DNA of 64,000 bases from an uncultured Desulfatitalea sp. (GTDB lineage Bacteria > Desulfobacterota > Desulfobacteria > Desulfobacterales > Desulfosarcinaceae). The stretch spans positions 1,472,001 through 1,536,000 of the forward strand of contig CAXXMB010000002.1 in NCBI GenBank assembly GCA_963668675.2, read 5' to 3'. The notes beneath the pieces are model-generated. The model worked only from the letters and a program-made list of their open reading frames with translations. It searched no databases and was not told the DNA's origin. Below are positions 1 to 9,768 of the stretch, in pieces (positions within the stretch are counted from its first letter, which is position 1; the number at the start of each line of letters is the position of its first letter). Position numbers and translations under genes: made by a program.

Positions 1-834
1 GGGTAGCAGTGCCTCTTTGAAAGCCACTGCCTTGGCAGCGATCACATGCATCAAAGGGCCGCCCTGAATACCGGGGAACACCTCACTGCGCAATTTGGCC
101 TCGACATCGGCCTTGGCCAGAATCAATCCACCGCGCGGTCCACGCAACGTCTTATGGGTGGTGGTGGTTACCACATCGGCGTAAGGCACCGGAGAAGGGT
201 GAAGCCCAGTGGCCACCAGCCCAGCGATATGGGCCATGTCCACCATCAGCAAGGCATCTACCGTTTTGGCGATTTGGGCAAAGGCATCGAAATCGATAAT
301 GCGGGGGTAGGCACTCGCGCCGGCCACAATCATCTTGGGCCGATGCTCCTGGGCCAGCTTGCGGACCGCGTCGTAATCGATGCGGCCGGTCTGGCCGTCG
401 ACGCCATAGTGCACAAAACGATAGAGTTGCCCTGAAAAGCTGACCTTGGCTCCGTGGGTGAGATGTCCCCCGTGGGCCAGGTCCATCCCCAACACCGTGT
501 CGCCAGGGGTAAGCAAAGCGAAATAGGCCGCCATATTGGCTTGCGAGCCGGAATGGGGTTGCACATTGACATAGTCGGCACCGAAGAGCTGCATGGCCCG
601 TTCGACGGCCAAGCGTTCGGCCACATCAACGAATTCGCAGCCGCCATAGTAGCGTTTATCCGGATAGCCTTCGGCATATTTATTGGTCAGCAAACTTCCC
701 TGGGCTGCCATGACCGCCCGGCTGGCAATATTTTCGGATGCGATCAGCTCCAGATGGCTGGTCTGCCGCTCCAACTCATGTTCAATGACCCGGGCAATCT
801 CCGGATCCACCTGTTCGATTTGATCGTTATTCAA
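1..834 (-). CDS. glyA: Serine hydroxymethyltransferase, 5' part (runs off the window start)
   Basis: Manual translation from TTG at 834 (RBS AAGGGGAG): [35 protein letters not shown]...; not in the ORF track because it has no stop in the window. Confidence 0.95.
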   Translation of the reverse strand, partial: MNNDQIEQVDPEIARVIEHELERQTSHLELIASENIASRAVMAAQGSLLTNKYAEGYPDKRYYGGCEFVDVAERLAVERAMQLFGADYVNVQPHSGSQANMAAYFALLTPGDTVLGMDLAHGGHLTHGAKVSFSGQLYRFVHYGVDGQTGRIDYDAVRKLAQEHRPKMIVAGASAYPRIIDFDAFAQIAKTVDALLMVDMAHIAGLVATGLHPSPVPYADVVTTTTHKTLRGPRGGLILAKADVEAKLRSEVFPGIQGGPLMHVIAAKAVAFKEALLP

Positions 835-862
835 GCTCGCTCCCCTTCATGTATCGTGCAGA

Positions 863-1303
863 TCATTCAGCCGCCACTGTATCGAACTGATCCAAACGAC
901 GCTGGTGGCGATCCCCCTCGAATGGGGTCTGAAGCCATGCATTGACGATCTCGATGGCCAGCACGTCGCCAATGACGCGACCGCCCATCACCAGAATATT
1001 GGCATCGTTGTGACGCCGGCTCATCAAGGCAGAGAAGAGATCGTTGCACAGAGCGGCCCGCACCCGCGGAAAACGATTGGCCACCATGGACATACCCAAC
1101 CCCGTACCGCATAACAAAACGCCTCTTTCATACAGACCCTTTGAAACCTGGTCGGCAACCTTCATCCCGATCTGGGGATAGTCCACCGAGGCTTCGCTGA
1201 AAGCCCCCATATCCTCCACCTCATTGCCGGATTCCATCAAATGGCGCTTCACCGTCTCCTTGAGCCCATATGCGGCATGATCACATCCGATCACCAGCTT
1301 CAT
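863..1303 (-). CDS. rpiB: Ribose-5-phosphate isomerase B
   Basis: GCDHAA, DYP, CGTGLGMSMVAN and RRHNDANIL motifs; usual rpiB-glyA order. Confidence 0.95.
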   Translation of the reverse strand: MKLVIGCDHAAYGLKETVKRHLMESGNEVEDMGAFSEASVDYPQIGMKVADQVSKGLYERGVLLCGTGLGMSMVANRFPRVRAALCNDLFSALMSRRHNDANILVMGGRVIGDVLAIEIVNAWLQTPFEGDRHQRRLDQFDTVAAE

Positions 1304-1566
1304 CGGCCTGGCCCCCTTAAGGTATTTTGATTGTTTGTCTTTTTAACCATAGCCACACCCAGCCCCGTCATTTTTGCATACCTAACCGCACCGGCCATCA
1401 TATGACGTAGGTGTAGCACGACTTCATAGCTTTATCTACATCGGACCGCAAGAAAAAAACCGGTAAACGGCGCCTCTATGGCGGCGCTTTATGCTGGCGC
1501 CTGGGCGCGTTCCTTCTTAAGAATGGGTGGCAACTTTAGCGTTAGGTCAACGTATCGAGGCGGGGA

Positions 1567-1604
1567 TAAAAACAGGGTCCGCGGGGCAACTCCCCGCAGA
1601 CCCG
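1567..1604 (-). terminator. Probable intrinsic terminator of fabF
   Basis: Hairpin GGGTCCGCGGGG-CAACT-CCCCGCAGACCC followed by a T-run on the minus strand, just after the fabF stop. Confidence 0.6.
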
Positions 1605-1617
1605 ATCACGTTCCAGC

Positions 1618-2859
1618 TTACGCGCTGAATTTTTTCAGAATCAATGAAGCGTTGGTTCCGCCAAAACCAAAGGAGTTGGTCATGGCGTATGTCACATCGG
1701 CCTGACGTGCGACATTGGGCACATAGTCCAGATCGCACTCTTCACCCGGGGTGTCCAAATTCATGGTGGGCGGAAGGATGCCACGATCAATCACCAAAGC
1801 GGTGAACACGGACTCGATACCACCCGCACCGCCCAGAAGGTGGCCGGTCATCGACTTGGTGGAACTGACTGGCACCTTGCCAGCCGCATCACCAAAGGCC
1901 AGCTTGATGGCGCGCGTTTCGTACAGATCGTTGAGCTGCGTTGAGGTGCCATGGGCATTGATGTAACCAATATCGGCGGGCTGGATACCGGCATCTTCGA
2001 TGGCAGCCAGCATGCAGCGCGACGCTCCATCGCCATCCGGAGGCGGCGAGGTCATATGGTAGCCGTCACCGCTCATGCCATAGCCGGCCATCTCCGCATA
2101 GATCTTCGCACCGCGGGCCTGAGCATGTTCAAGCGATTCCAGGATCAAAATGCCGCTGCCTTCGCCAACCACAAAGCCATCCCGGTCCTTGTCAAAGGGC
2201 CGCGACGCTCTCAACGGATCGTCATTGCGGGTGGAAATGGCCTTCATGGCCCCAAATCCGGCGATACAGGTGCGCGTGATCACAGATTCAACACCACCAG
2301 TGATCATGGCGTCGGCCTTTCCGTGCTTGATGATCTCAAACGCCTCGCCGACGGCATGGGCGCCGGCGGCGCAGGCAGTGGCCACCGAGGAGTTGGGTCC
2401 CTTGGCCCCGAATTGGATAGATATCATACCTGGCGCCATATTGCCAATCAGCAGGGGAATAAAGAAGGGGCTAACCCGTTTGGGTCCGGCAGTTTCAACC
2501 GTTCGGGCTGTTATCTCCAGCATGTTCAAGCCGCCCAGCCCGCAACCGGTAAACACACCGACCCGATGCCCGTTGCTGCTATCGATCTTCAGCCCCGAAT
2601 CTTCCAAGGCCATGCGCGAGGCCGCAATGGAGTACGCGATAAATGGCTCCATTCGTTTGGCCTCTTTCTTGGACATGAAGTCTTCGGCGTTGAACCCTTT
2701 GACTTCAGCAGCAATTTTGGTTGCATAGTCCGAAGCGTCAAAACGGGTGATCTCACCCACACCGGATTTTCCGGCAATCAGTGCAGACCATGTCTCCTCC
2801 ACGCCGATACCCAATGGCGTGACCAAGCCGATGCCGGTTACCACTACCCGTCTTTCCAA
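1618..2859 (-). CDS. fabF: 3-oxoacyl-ACP synthase II
   Basis: RRVVVTGIG, TACAAG, NAHGTST, KSMTGHLLG and NSFGFGGTN motifs. Confidence 0.97.
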   Translation of the reverse strand: MERRVVVTGIGLVTPLGIGVEETWSALIAGKSGVGEITRFDASDYATKIAAEVKGFNAEDFMSKKEAKRMEPFIAYSIAASRMALEDSGLKIDSSNGHRVGVFTGCGLGGLNMLEITARTVETAGPKRVSPFFIPLLIGNMAPGMISIQFGAKGPNSSVATACAAGAHAVGEAFEIIKHGKADAMITGGVESVITRTCIAGFGAMKAISTRNDDPLRASRPFDKDRDGFVVGEGSGILILESLEHAQARGAKIYAEMAGYGMSGDGYHMTSPPPDGDGASRCMLAAIEDAGIQPADIGYINAHGTSTQLNDLYETRAIKLAFGDAAGKVPVSSTKSMTGHLLGGAGGIESVFTALVIDRGILPPTMNLDTPGEECDLDYVPNVARQADVTYAMTNSFGFGGTNASLILKKFSA

Positions 2860-3060
2860 AAGAACCTCCTTTTCGACGCCAATTCCGGCCTAAAGACACA
2901 AAGGGAACTACCCCAACCGGCGAGCAGTTCCCGTTGGCAAACAAGGCGACCGGTGCGTCCTGTAAAACTGACGACACTCCCCTCAGGCAACTTCAGGGCA
3001 TCAGAAATCAGGCGATTTTTCTTTCGCCAACCGCCCTGTGCATTGCACCCCCTGTCTCCC

Positions 3061-3288
3061 TTAGTGGGAATTGATATAATCGAAGGCGTCCTTTACCGTC
3101 ACAAGCTTCTCGGCGTCTTCATCCGAAATATCGATGTCGAACTCCTCTTCCATGGACATGATCAGCTCGACCAGATCGAGGGAGTCGGCCCCCAGGTCAT
3201 CCACAAAAGAGGCTTCGGGAACCACCTCTTCCATATCGACACTCAATTTTTCGGCAATAATCTTCTTTACTTTGTCTTCAACTGACAT
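3061..3288 (-). CDS. acpP: Acyl carrier protein
   Basis: [12 protein letters not shown] phosphopantetheine motif, 75 aa, acidic. Confidence 0.97.
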   Translation of the reverse strand: MSVEDKVKKIIAEKLSVDMEEVVPEASFVDDLGADSLDLVELIMSMEEEFDIDISDEDAEKLVTVKDAFDYINSH

Positions 3289-3435
3289 CTAAATTCTCCT
3301 TTCACAGTGAGTAAACGCCCCCAAACGAAAGCTTACAGAGTAACTGTCCGGGGTTGCGTATCGAAAACGGACTGCCCCCGCCTGGCGGGGAAATTAAAAA
3401 CCCGGCTTCCGCCAATTCAGGCGGCAGCAAGACGA

Positions 3436-4200
3436 TTACATAAACATACCACCACTGACATGCAGGACCTGGCCAGTCAGATAGGCAGCCTCATCCGAAG
3501 CGAGAAACGCCACCGCATTGGCCACATCCTCGGGTTGGCCTGCCTTGCCCAGCGGAATCATACCCAGCATGGCCTCCTTAGCCTTATCCGACAGTACAGC
3601 CGTCATCTCCGTATCGATAAATCCCGGCGCTACGGCATTGGCCGTGATGCCGCGGGAGGCATACTCCTTGGCCGTTGTCTTGGTCAAACCGATCAGGCCC
3701 GCCTTGGCGGCCACATAGTTGGCCTGGCCGACATTGCCGATGGCCCCCACGACCGAAGCCATGTTGATGATTCTGCCGTAACGCTGTTTGGCCATGATAC
3801 GCGCTACGATTTGGGTACACATGAAGGGACCTTTGAGGTTGATGCCTATCACGGCGTCCCAATCCGCCTCTTTCATCCTGGCGATCAGGCTGTCGCGGGT
3901 GATGCCGGCATTGTTGACCAGCACGTCGATGCGGCCGGCCTCGTCCATCACCTTATCGAAAAAACCGGCCACCTCCTCCTGCACCGCCACATTGGCCCAA
4001 AGGCCAACGGCTTCACATCCGGCATCCCGAACCATGGCGATGGTCTCTTGAGCCGCGGCCTCTTCGCCTTCACGGTTGGCCGGAGAAAAGTAGTTGAAGA
4101 AGATCCTGGTCCCCGGTTCGGCCATCTTGATACAGATGGCGCGGCCGATCCCCCGGGAGCCGCCTGTGACCACAACGATGCGCTGGCTGTTTTCCGTCAT
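3436..4200 (-). CDS. fabG: 3-oxoacyl-ACP reductase
   Basis: TGGSRGIG, NNAGITRD and YVAAK SDR motifs; directly upstream of acpP. Confidence 0.95.
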   Translation of the reverse strand: MTENSQRIVVVTGGSRGIGRAICIKMAEPGTRIFFNYFSPANREGEEAAAQETIAMVRDAGCEAVGLWANVAVQEEVAGFFDKVMDEAGRIDVLVNNAGITRDSLIARMKEADWDAVIGINLKGPFMCTQIVARIMAKQRYGRIINMASVVGAIGNVGQANYVAAKAGLIGLTKTTAKEYASRGITANAVAPGFIDTEMTAVLSDKAKEAMLGMIPLGKAGQPEDVANAVAFLASDEAAYLTGQVLHVSGGMFM

Positions 4201-4202
4201 CT

Positions 4203-5855
4203 CTACCTCTCGAAAATGATATCCGCGATACGATCCATATCCACAGCCCAGTTTGCCCGCCCGGCCATCATCTCCTGATAGCCGATCTCTTCCAGGTGCT
4301 GACGGGCAGCGTCTATGTCCATTGCGCCGCTCATGGCGATCCGCAGCGCCTTTTCGGACACAATCTGGGTCACTTCACCGGCAAACACGCGCGACATTGC
4401 CTTGATCTTCTCCGCTTCGGGATCGTTTGCTTCTGCCAAACGGGCCGCTTTGCGCGCCAGGCTGATCCCAACTTCGACGTTAATCATCATATCAGCCAGA
4501 TCGAACATGAGCGCCTGCTGGCGGGTCAACCGATTGTTGTGGGCCAGATCGACGGTCTTGTTGAGCGCGGTGGCCGCCATGGCGTAAAAGCGGCAGCCTG
4601 CATCAGGAACCTTGGCATCCAGAGCCGTCATCTCTTCGGCCATGTTGCCGTAAAAGGCGCCTTTGCTTTTGCGGCTGGTCTTCCAGCGGAAGGTGCTGAT
4701 GATGCTCTGCTGAATCTCGCTGGTGCCTTCGTAGATGCAGGTGATTTTCACATCCCGCTTGATCTTCTCGACGCCGAATTCACAGATGTAACCATAACCG
4801 CCCAGGGCCTGAATACAGTCATTGGCCGCGCGGTCGGCCGCCTCGGTGGCAAAAATCTTCCCGATGGCCCCTTCCACCTGCAGATCCGCTTCGCTGCTGT
4901 CCAGCATGTGGGCCACATCGTCGATGTAGGCAGCGGCCGCAGCCATGCGCACCGCATTGGGCACGATCAACTTGTGGGTATAGCCCTGTTTCTCCGACAG
5001 CGTCGTCCCAAACTGAATGCGCTCTTTAGCGTAGGGAATGGCGATCTCCAAGGCCGCCTCTCCAGCCCCTAACCCCATGGAGGCCACCATCAGGCGGGTA
5101 TAACCAAACACCTTGTTGGCCTGCTTGAGTCCCTTGCCCGGCTCTCCGCCGATCAAGTTCTCGATGGGAACGAAAACGTTGTCGAAGGTTAAAGGGGACG
5201 TATTGGATGCCCGAATACCGTGCTTCTCCTCGCCCTTGTGCTGCTTGAAACCCTCCATTCCCTTCTCAACAATAAAGAAGGTGGGGCCTTCGGGCGCATT
5301 GGCCAGCACAGTGACGATGTCCGCATAACCGCCTGTGGAGATGAACTGCTTGGCGCCGGTGATATGGTACCCGGCAACCTTTCCGTCATCGCCAACCACC
5401 GGCTCCGCCTTGGTCTTGAGGGCGGCCAGATTGCTGCCGGCACCCGGTTCGGTCACCGCGTAGGCCACCAGCGATTCACCTTCGGCAATTCGTCCCAGCC
5501 ACTTCTCTTTTTGCTCTTCCGTGGCGCCGACCAGAATCGGATCGGAGCCCAGCTGTATCGCAAAAAACCCGGTGGCCACCCCCAGACAGATCTTGGCCGT
5601 CTCCTGGGTCACCTCGCAACAATCGCGAGCGCCACCGCCCATGCCGCCATACTCCTCAGGGATAAAAAGAAGTTGCAGGCCGATTTCCGGTCCCAGCATC
5701 TCCCGGATTTCCGCCTCGGGAAACACCTCATCTCTATCCCACTTGAGGATATTCTCCTGACTCAACAGCTTTTTGCGAAGCTGGCGGACCGTATCCACCA
5801 CCATCTGACGCGACTCGAGATCCAACCCTCGATATTCGTTATCGCTCATCAACAC
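4203..5855 (-). CDS. Acyl-CoA dehydrogenase family protein with C-terminal extension
   Basis: TEPGAGS, GAKQFIS, ERIQFG, GGYGY and IYEGTSEIQ motifs; start may be 5849. Confidence 0.9.
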   Translation of the reverse strand: MLMSDNEYRGLDLESRQMVVDTVRQLRKKLLSQENILKWDRDEVFPEAEIREMLGPEIGLQLLFIPEEYGGMGGGARDCCEVTQETAKICLGVATGFFAIQLGSDPILVGATEEQKEKWLGRIAEGESLVAYAVTEPGAGSNLAALKTKAEPVVGDDGKVAGYHITGAKQFISTGGYADIVTVLANAPEGPTFFIVEKGMEGFKQHKGEEKHGIRASNTSPLTFDNVFVPIENLIGGEPGKGLKQANKVFGYTRLMVASMGLGAGEAALEIAIPYAKERIQFGTTLSEKQGYTHKLIVPNAVRMAAAAAYIDDVAHMLDSSEADLQVEGAIGKIFATEAADRAANDCIQALGGYGYICEFGVEKIKRDVKITCIYEGTSEIQQSIISTFRWKTSRKSKGAFYGNMAEEMTALDAKVPDAGCRFYAMAATALNKTVDLAHNNRLTRQQALMFDLADMMINVEVGISLARKAARLAEANDPEAEKIKAMSRVFAGEVTQIVSEKALRIAMSGAMDIDAARQHLEEIGYQEMMAGRANWAVDMDRIADIIFER

Positions 5856-5877
5856 CCGTCCTTTGTCTGGCTATGGA

Positions 5878-6060
5878 TTAATCTTTATCGGTTTCCGTGG
5901 CAGTGCGGCCCTTGTATGCACCGCAGCTGGGGCAGGCATGATGGGGCAGAATTGCCTCACCACATTCGGGACATGTTGAGGGGTTGGGTGCATCGGTTTT
6001 CTGATGAGTACGCCGTTTGTCCCGTCTTGACTTGGATATCTTTCGTTTTGGTAGTGCCAT
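5878..6060 (-). CDS. rpmF: 50S ribosomal protein L32
   Basis: [17 protein letters not shown] with CxxC...CxxC. Confidence 0.97.
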   Translation of the reverse strand: MALPKRKISKSRRDKRRTHQKTDAPNPSTCPECGEAILPHHACPSCGAYKGRTATETDKD

Positions 6061-6617
6061 AAGTAATCTCCCAACTAGTTGAAATTATATTTTATATTTG
6101 CAAATATGCGGCCTTCATAAACGCAGAGGCTTCTAGTAATTAAAATCGACGGGCTTGTCAAGGCGTTTTTCTTTGAAACACCCATGCTCCGCTTGTACAC
6201 CCCAGAAGGATGTGCTATAGATGTTCGTTTTTGGAACTGCGGCTTTCATACATGCACAACCGACTTAATATATTAGTTATTTCGCATACGCACCGAAAGC
6301 GACACGTAACATCTTAAGCAGTGGATCTACATCGGTGTTTCCGTTTAACCTCCGGTGGCGGCAGCCCAGGTTCGAATCTTATCAGGACAGCCCGACTGGT
6401 TGACTAGTTTAACTATACTAACAGCAATTGCAACAAGTAAATGGACGACGATCTATCTTGGCTGACCGCCATTCTTGCAATGGCGTGCTAAAACAACCAC
6501 ATAAAAACCCGACACCTGATGGCAACCGAAGGATTGACTTCTTTTGAATCGGCCAAAGGGAGTTGTGAAAACAACCAGGGGCAACGAACGCGCGCCCCGA
6601 ACAAGGACACATCCCTC

Positions 6618-8030
6618 ATGACATCTGTCAGAACGCGTTTTGCACCCAGCCCCACCGGCTACCTGCATGTTGGCGGTGCACGGACAGCACTGTTCAATTG
6701 GCTCTATGCACGGCACACCGGGGGCACTTTCGTCTTAAGAATCGAAGACACCGACCAGGCCCGCTCCACCGAGCAATCGGTCCAGGCCATCTTTAATGGC
6801 CTCGATTGGCTTGGCATCGACTGGGATGAAGGGCCCTACTACCAGAGCCAGCGGCTGGAGATTTACAACGATCAGATCGATCGACTGGTGGCCCAAGGCC
6901 ACGTCTATTACTGCACCTGTACGCCCGATGAAATTGAAGCCATGCGAGAGCGCGCCCGGTCGACCGGCGCCAAACCCCGCTATGACGGCACATGCCGCGA
7001 AAAAGGCCTGGAACCATCCGAAGGTGCTGTCGTCCGGTTCAAGGCCCCCACAGAGGGCACGACGGCCATCGAAGATGTGGTCAAGGGCGGCATTCTTTTT
7101 AACAACGAAGAACTGGACGACTTCGTGCTGCGCCGCAGCGACGGTATGCCCACCTATAATCTCGCCGCCGTGGTCGATGACATCAGCATGGAGATCAACA
7201 CCATCATCCGGGGTGACGATCACATCATGAACACCCCCAAACAGATCCTGCTCTACCAGGCGCTCGACCACCCGCTGCCGGTCTTCGCCCACGTGCCCAT
7301 GGTACTTGGCAGCGACCGCACGCGCATGTCCAAGCGCCACGGCGCCACATCGGTAACCGAATACCGTGACATGGGGCTTCTTCCCCAGGCGTTCATCAAT
7401 TTCCTGGCCCGTTTGGGATGGTCATATGGTGATCAGGAGTTTTTTTCCATCGAAGAGCTCATCGAAAAATTCAGCTTGGATCGGGTGGGAAAATCGGCAG
7501 GCATCTTCGACCCGGTCAAACTCAACGCACTCAATGCGGACCATATCCAGGCCGCCAAACCATCGGACCTCATCCGCCACGCCAGACCGTTCTTCGAAGA
7601 CCAGGGCTGGGACGCATCGGATGGCCACTATCTCGAAGGGGTGATCGCCACCCTACAGCCTCGAAGCAAAACGCTGAAAGAGATGGCCCTGCAAGCAAGA
7701 TTCTACTACCAAGAGCAGTTGACCTATGACGAGCAGGCCGCTAAAAAATTTCTCAAAGGCAACATCCTCGAACCGCTACAGTATCTAAAGGAGAAGCTGG
7801 CGGACGCAACATCCTTCAATGAGAAGGATCTTGAGCAGCTGTTCGTTCAACTGATGGAAAAATTCAGCATCAAGCTGGGCAAAATCGCCCAACCGGTACG
7901 TGTGGCACTCACCGGCACCAGCGTCAGCCCGGGCATATTTGAAATCATCGCCGTATTGGGAAAAGAGCGCGTCGTGGATAGACTGGAAAAGGCCATTGAC
8001 TTTATCGAGCAACGCCTGAAAGCAAACTGA
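6618..8030 (+). CDS. gltX: Glutamyl-tRNA synthetase
   Basis: TRFAPSPTGYLHVGG (HIGH-like) and RMSKR (KMSKS-like); ATG at 6618 preferred over 6519. Confidence 0.96.
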   Translation: MTSVRTRFAPSPTGYLHVGGARTALFNWLYARHTGGTFVLRIEDTDQARSTEQSVQAIFNGLDWLGIDWDEGPYYQSQRLEIYNDQIDRLVAQGHVYYCTCTPDEIEAMRERARSTGAKPRYDGTCREKGLEPSEGAVVRFKAPTEGTTAIEDVVKGGILFNNEELDDFVLRRSDGMPTYNLAAVVDDISMEINTIIRGDDHIMNTPKQILLYQALDHPLPVFAHVPMVLGSDRTRMSKRHGATSVTEYRDMGLLPQAFINFLARLGWSYGDQEFFSIEELIEKFSLDRVGKSAGIFDPVKLNALNADHIQAAKPSDLIRHARPFFEDQGWDASDGHYLEGVIATLQPRSKTLKEMALQARFYYQEQLTYDEQAAKKFLKGNILEPLQYLKEKLADATSFNEKDLEQLFVQLMEKFSIKLGKIAQPVRVALTGTSVSPGIFEIIAVLGKERVVDRLEKAIDFIEQRLKAN

Positions 8031-8114
8031 TCCGTTGCCGTCGTGTCCAACGGTTTTCATCAATTAGCCCTTGACTCACGGCTTCCGGTTCATTATGTAA
8101 CGACCCATACGCAC

Positions 8115-8188
8115 TGGGGGATCGTCTAGTGGTAGGACTACGGACTCTGACTCCGTCAGCCCAGGTTCGAATCCTGGTCCCTCAGCCA
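8115..8188 (+). tRNA. tRNA-Gln(CUG)
   Basis: Cloverleaf: acceptor TGGGGGA/TCCCTCA, anticodon arm ACGGA-CTCTGAC-TCCGT, T arm CCAGG-TTCGAAT-CCTGG, encoded CCA. Confidence 0.95.
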
Positions 8189-8196
8189 AATTAAAA

Positions 8197-9366
8197 TCAA
8201 GGGGTTACAGACTTTGCGCTGTGCCCCTTTTTTGCTGTGTGAGACTCTGTGTGTGAATCTGTGTGTGAAAAATGCTCGAAACGCTCCTCTAATACTGCCA
8301 TCGCCTGACGCTCCGATTCACCTATAGAATGCAAATAGATCTCAGTAGTCGTTCGGTTCTCATGGCCAAGCAAGCGCTGGATCGATCCGATGGGCACATT
8401 GGCTTGGTCGAGCATCGAGGCTCCGAAGTGACGCAACGCGTGGAATCGAAAATATTGAACCCCTACCTTTTTACATAGGGACTTCATGATCCCCGTTCGC
8501 TCCTTGAATGGCCCAACCGTCCACTTGCAGGCCTTTTGGTCCCAATATCGGTGCCAGAAGACCCAAGGCAGCTTCTTGTTCTGATTCTGATAGCGGCGCC
8601 ACAACAGGTCGTGCAACTTCCCCATCATCGGCACTCGCCTGGGTGTCAGATTCCCGCCCTTTTTTTTTCGAGTGTAAAGCGCCACACTGCGGTTTCGGAA
8701 ATCGACATCTTGCCACGTCAATCTATTAATCTCGCTCATACGTCCCAATGTCAGGGCGATCGTCCACAAATAGTCTTGTGTGTCTTGATCGGCCGCCAAG
8801 ATGACCTGAAGCACATCCTTTTTCGGCGGCACATATTTGATCCTTTTTTCCACTGGGAAAAAATCAATTCCCCGGGTGGGATTGTGTTTGAGCCAATCCC
8901 TGCTGGGATGCATTGCGAAATTAAAAGTGGCTCGCAAATACCGAAGCTCCTTGTTTGCCGTATAAGCGGATGTCATTTTTAAGCGTTTGAGCAGAAACAC
9001 ACGAATCGATTCCGCATCGATTTGGCTGCACCGCTTACCTTTCCAGTGCTTGGCCCACCGTCGAGCCAGATAGACATAGTCAGTATAATGCCGATCAGAA
9101 TTGTAGGCCTTCACATGATCGAGTCGCTTATTAATCAGCTCCAAAAAGTCCATGTCTATTGGGATTGTCGCTTCGGACTGACTGATCTGCACTGGCACCG
9201 GAGCCTGTTGTTCTGGCACCGGGTTCGGATTTTTCAACTCCTCTCTCTTTTCTGTGGCCGCCTTGACGGCCTCTCGTTTCAGTTTGAACCATCCCCTGGT
9301 GTGCCTGGTTCCCTTGTGGGTGAAGTCGTACCTCCACCCCTTTCCCTTTACCGAATAAACGCTCAT
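8197..9366 (-). CDS. Tyrosine recombinase / phage-type integrase
   Basis: GRMSEI, FHALRH and LLGH...TTEIY catalytic motifs; N-terminal arm-binding-like region (WRYDF...RGWFKLKREA). Confidence 0.95.
   Translation of the reverse strand: MSVYSVKGKGWRYDFTHKGTRHTRGWFKLKREAVKAATEKREELKNPNPVPEQQAPVPVQISQSEATIPIDMDFLELINKRLDHVKAYNSDRHYTDYVYLARRWAKHWKGKRCSQIDAESIRVFLLKRLKMTSAYTANKELRYLRATFNFAMHPSRDWLKHNPTRGIDFFPVEKRIKYVPPKKDVLQVILAADQDTQDYLWTIALTLGRMSEINRLTWQDVDFRNRSVALYTRKKKGGNLTPRRVPMMGKLHDLLWRRYQNQNKKLPWVFWHRYWDQKACKWTVGPFKERTGIMKSLCKKVGVQYFRFHALRHFGASMLDQANVPIGSIQRLLGHENRTTTEIYLHSIGESERQAMAVLEERFEHFSHTDSHTESHTAKKGHSAKSVTP
8235..8269. repeat. Three tandem ~12-bp repeats (TCTGTGTGTGAA x2 plus one degenerate copy), probable integrase arm-type sites
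   Basis: Seen directly; they encode the SHTD-SHTE-SHTA repeat in the integrase C-terminus. Confidence 0.65.
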
Positions 9367-9529
9367 AGAGGTCCTCCTTGCTGGGGAAGAGCAGAGAACC
9401 TCCGAGTTTCCTGCCGCCCAACGCCTGCCAATGCTTGTAAACCCAGCTTGGGCTCTTGCGCAGGAATTGAGCGACCTCCTCGGGTGTCAAAATATCGTGA
9501 CTACCGGGAATGTCAATGGAATCCATCAT
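9131..9529 (-). CDS. Excisionase-like HTH protein with a long tail overlapping the integrase gene
   Basis: ILTPEEVAQFLRKSPSWVYK (HTH_17/Xis-like), immediately upstream of int; ATG at 9529. Confidence 0.75.
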   Translation of the reverse strand: MMDSIDIPGSHDILTPEEVAQFLRKSPSWVYKHWQALGGRKLGGSLLFPSKEDLYERLFGKGKGVEVRLHPQGNQAHQGMVQTETRGRQGGHRKERGVEKSEPGARTTGSGASADQSVRSDNPNRHGLFGAD

Positions 9530-9768
9530 GTGACCTCTGTCCTTCCCGGGCCCAGAGGTAACATCTTTTAAAAACGGTCTGTTATGACCTGTAACTATAT
9601 CGGTATGGATTGTATTTGGGTGGGGTGGCCGGTGCACTGTGGCGTTGGCCGTAACATGGTCGGGGTTCGGGACCCTTTTAAGAAATTTTATACACCGTCG
9701 ATATTATGGTAATAGGTTCCGGAGTTTGTCAAGGCGTCTTGAAAAACGAATTTACTGAGGGAATTCAC

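Noticed and set aside
1450..1545. Possible ZMP/ZTP riboswitch upstream of rpiB-glyA (CGCCTGGGC present)
   Set aside because: The motif is on the strand opposite to rpiB-glyA and the upstream GACUGGCG...GUGG core is absent
1951..3285. 444-aa plus-strand ORF and other long antisense ORFs (3307..4278, 4296..5072, 5220..6062, 6735..7340, 26012..26770, 47950..48663)
   Set aside because: They are antisense shadows of well-supported genes and show no recognisable motifs
6362..6378. attR of the island
   Set aside because: It lies on the chromosomal side of the tRNA, upstream of gltX, so it cannot be the far end of the element
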